Part shown: positions 61,500-64,000 of the stretch, piece after piece
Position numbering within the stretch: position 1 is the stretch's first letter
Layout: each line of letters opens with the position of its first letter
From: Scyliorhinus canicula
Lineage: Eukaryota
Assembly (NCBI RefSeq): GCF_902713615.1
Contig: NC_052158.1
Location: 7,987,196-8,051,195 of the forward strand
Length of the DNA stretch: 64,000 nucleotides
Direction: 5' to 3'
Position numbers and translations under genes: made by a program
Notes under the pieces: generated by a model
The model's input: the letters and a program-made list of their open reading frames with translations, nothing else
Told to the model about the DNA's origin: nothing
The model's database searches: none

Positions 61500-62405
61500 A
61501 TTGCAATGTCAGTGGGGCTCCACATTGCTGGGGGTGGGGGGTTGGTCTGTCCCCACTGGGGCACCACACTGCTGGGGGGGTGGGGGTGGGTCTGCCCCCA
61601 CTGGGGCACCACACTGCTGGGGGGTGGGTCTGCCCCCACTGGGGCACCACACTGCTGGGGGGGTGGGGGTGGGTCTGCCCCCATTGGGGCACCACACTGC
61701 TGGGGGTGGGGGGTTGGTCTGCCTCCACTGGGGCACCACACTGCTGGGGGTGGGGGGTGGGTCTGCCCCCACTGGGGCACCACACTGCTGGGGGTGGGGG
61801 GTGGGTCTGCCCCCATTGGGGCACCACACTGCTGGGGGTGGAGGGTGGGTCTTCCCCCACTGGGGCACCACACTGCTGGGGGTGGGGGGGTTGGTCTGCC
61901 CCCACTGGGGCACCACACTGCTGGGGGTGGAGGGTGGGTCTTCCCTGGGGGTGCCTGCATAGTGAAGGACATGGTGGGGGTGGAGGGTTGGTTTGCCCCC
62001 AGTGGGGCTCCACACTGCTGGGGGGGTGGAGGGTGGGTCTGCCCCCACTGGGGCACCACATTGCTGGGGGTGGATGGTTGGTTTGCCCCCAGTGGGGCAC
62101 CACACTGCTGGGGGTGGGGGGTGGGTCTGCCCCCAGTGGGGTGCCACACTGCTGGGGGTGGGGGGGTGGGTCTGCCCCCACTGGGGCACCACACTGCTGG
62201 GGGTGGGGGGTGGGTCTGCCCCCACTGGGGCTCCACACTGCTGGGGGTGGGAGGGTTGGTCTGCCCCCACTGGGGCTCCACACTGCTGGGGGTGGGGGGG
62301 TGGGTCTGCCCCCACTGGGGCACCACACTGCTGGGGGTGGGGGGTGGGTCTGCCCCCACTGGGGCTCCACATTGCTGGGGGTGGGGGGTTGGTCTGCCCC
62401 CAGTG
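61500..62405. repeat. About 44-bp G-rich minisatellite (CCCCCACTGGGGCACCACACTGCTGGGGGTGGGGGGTGGGTCTG)
   Basis: About 20 tandem units. Confidence 0.93.
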
Positions 62406-62789
62406 GGTGCCTTCTTGGTCCAGAAGGATAGCACTGAGCAGCGGTACTCAGTCAGGGGTGAACATTCAGAGAGCAGCATTCTGACCAAGCCACACCGAGG
62501 GAGAAAGGGGCAGGAAGGCATTCAAAGAGGTTGGGGGAGAAGCGAGAGAGTCCCGTATGGAGTCTCACTGGGTTGAGAACTGTACTCTGGATCAGGAGAG
62601 GCACTGAGCACGGTCTCCCTACTGTTCCCGTCTGGGGCTGGGGGCTGGACTCTGGGGGCTCCAGCTGTCACTAGGGGTGAGTGTGCAGAACGAGCTTTTC
62701 AGCACAACTGGCTCGGTGTACAGCACTCTGAGAGAAGGCGGGACACGTAAGGGTGGGGGAGGCTTGGGGGATTTGAGGGTCCTGGGGTG

Positions 62790-63770
62790 GTAATTGATTA
62801 TCTGTCTCTTTCCTCCAATTCCTTACAGATAACAAAATGGAAATCTGGGAAAACAGGTTTCATTGGACCTCGGAGGTGTGAAAGGTGTTGGGGGGGGTGG
62901 GACAGGACTGATATTGAGTGAGGGCGTGGATGGGGGGAATCTGGGAGAGGGGGGTTCGATGGCAACAAAGGGATGGGGCGGGCCAAACCCAGTGGGGAGA
63001 GCCCGGAGTTATGATGATGGCGGATATGGGGGTGGGGGGGGGGGGGGGGGGGGGGGGGGGGTGAGAGACCCCTGGTCAGGATAGCTACATGGAATGCGAA
63101 GGGTTTGGGGGGGGGGGGGGGCAGTGAAGAGGTTGAGAGTGTTTGTTCACCTAAAAAGTTTTAAGGCCGATGTTGTCATGTTAAGGAGACTCATCTGGAG
63201 ATGAAAGACCAAGTGAGGCTGAGGAAGGGCTGGGTGAGCCAAGTATTTCATTCGGGATTTGACAGTAGGAGCGAGGGGTAGTGTTTTGGTCGATAAGAGA
63301 GTGAGGTTCCAGATGGAGATGGTGGTGGCGGACCAGGGGGGTAAATATGGGATAGTAACAGGGGCGTTGGATGAGAGGCCGGTGGTGTTGGCAAGTGTGT
63401 ATGGCCCGAACTGGGATGATGCAGGGTTTGTGAGGAAGGTGTTTGGGGCCATTCTGGACTTGGATTTGCACGAGCTAATAGTGGGAGGGGATTGGAATTT
63501 GGTCCAAGAGCCAAGGAAGGACAGATTATAGCGACGCTCGCTTGCCCAGTCTGGGGGCCGGGGGGGGGGGGGGGGGGGGGTTGGGGGTGAAGGTGCTGAC
63601 TGGGCCTATTAGGGAAATGGGAGGGGTGGAGGTTCCTGTACCCGAGGGAGCGGGAGTATTCATTTTTCTCCTCGGTTCATGAGGTTTATTCGAGGATAGA
63701 CTTCTTTGTAGTAGGGAAGGTGCTGTTAGCTGGGGTTAGGGTATCAGAGTATTCGGCGAGAGTAATCTCG
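62790..63770 (+). mobile_element. L1-like inter-ORF region and ORF2 endonuclease fragment
   Basis: RIATWNAKG, ETHL, VLASVYGPNWDD, IVGGDWN, YSFFS.VH..YSRIDFF motifs. Confidence 0.85.
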
Positions 63771-63994
63771 GAAACAAACACTTTTTCTGCTCGACTTTGC
63801 TTCTTCACATTTCTGACCCCAGCACAGAGTACACTTCAGGAAGTGTGACATGGCCACTCTCCAACACAGTGCTCACATTTCTATTTCAGTATATTTTTGC
63901 TTCTTTTCATGTTTGAATCCAATGTCATTACCCTTCTCTGAAATTTAGCTTTCCAGAATATAATTTATGTTCTCCTTGTTGTCCCCACTTTTAG

Positions 63995-64000
63995 ATGAAA
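63995..64000 (+). CDS. Probable start of the next (transmembrane) exon of the BTN-like gene
   Basis: Long polypyrimidine tract ending CTTTTAG, then ATGAAA; phase 1 gives D-E. Cut by the window edge. Confidence 0.45.

Noticed and set aside
61439-62576. Overlapping 290-374 aa ORFs
   Set aside because: Minisatellite artefact.

Overview
This is eukaryotic (vertebrate) genomic DNA, almost certainly a cartilaginous fish and probably a catshark-like shark. The evidence is CR1 LINEs with (GTTCTAT)n tails, HE1-type tRNA-derived SINEs sharing the CR1 3' end, and abundant Harbinger elements. Most of the window is transposon debris and minisatellite. One host gene is visible on the + strand, a butyrophilin/B7-family Ig gene. 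Its parts are a signal-peptide exon (41091-41151), TWO tandem-duplicated IgV exons (48668-49015 with a nonsense change, 52165-52512 intact), an IgC exon (58961-59245) and a probable next exon starting at 63995. A candidate ETS+ISRE promoter with a first exon lies at about 24770-24893. Other highlights are a degraded envelope-like (class I fusion type) ORF, Penelope-derived minimal hammerhead ribozymes, an LTR-less Gypsy gag-pol sealed inside a C-rich minisatellite, an internally deleted L1-like element, a CR1 with a twin-priming-type inversion, three solo LTRs with 5-bp TSDs and a near full-length CR1. All identifications come from motif recognition and manual translation; no database search was run. 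Repeat boundaries are approximate unless TSDs are quoted.
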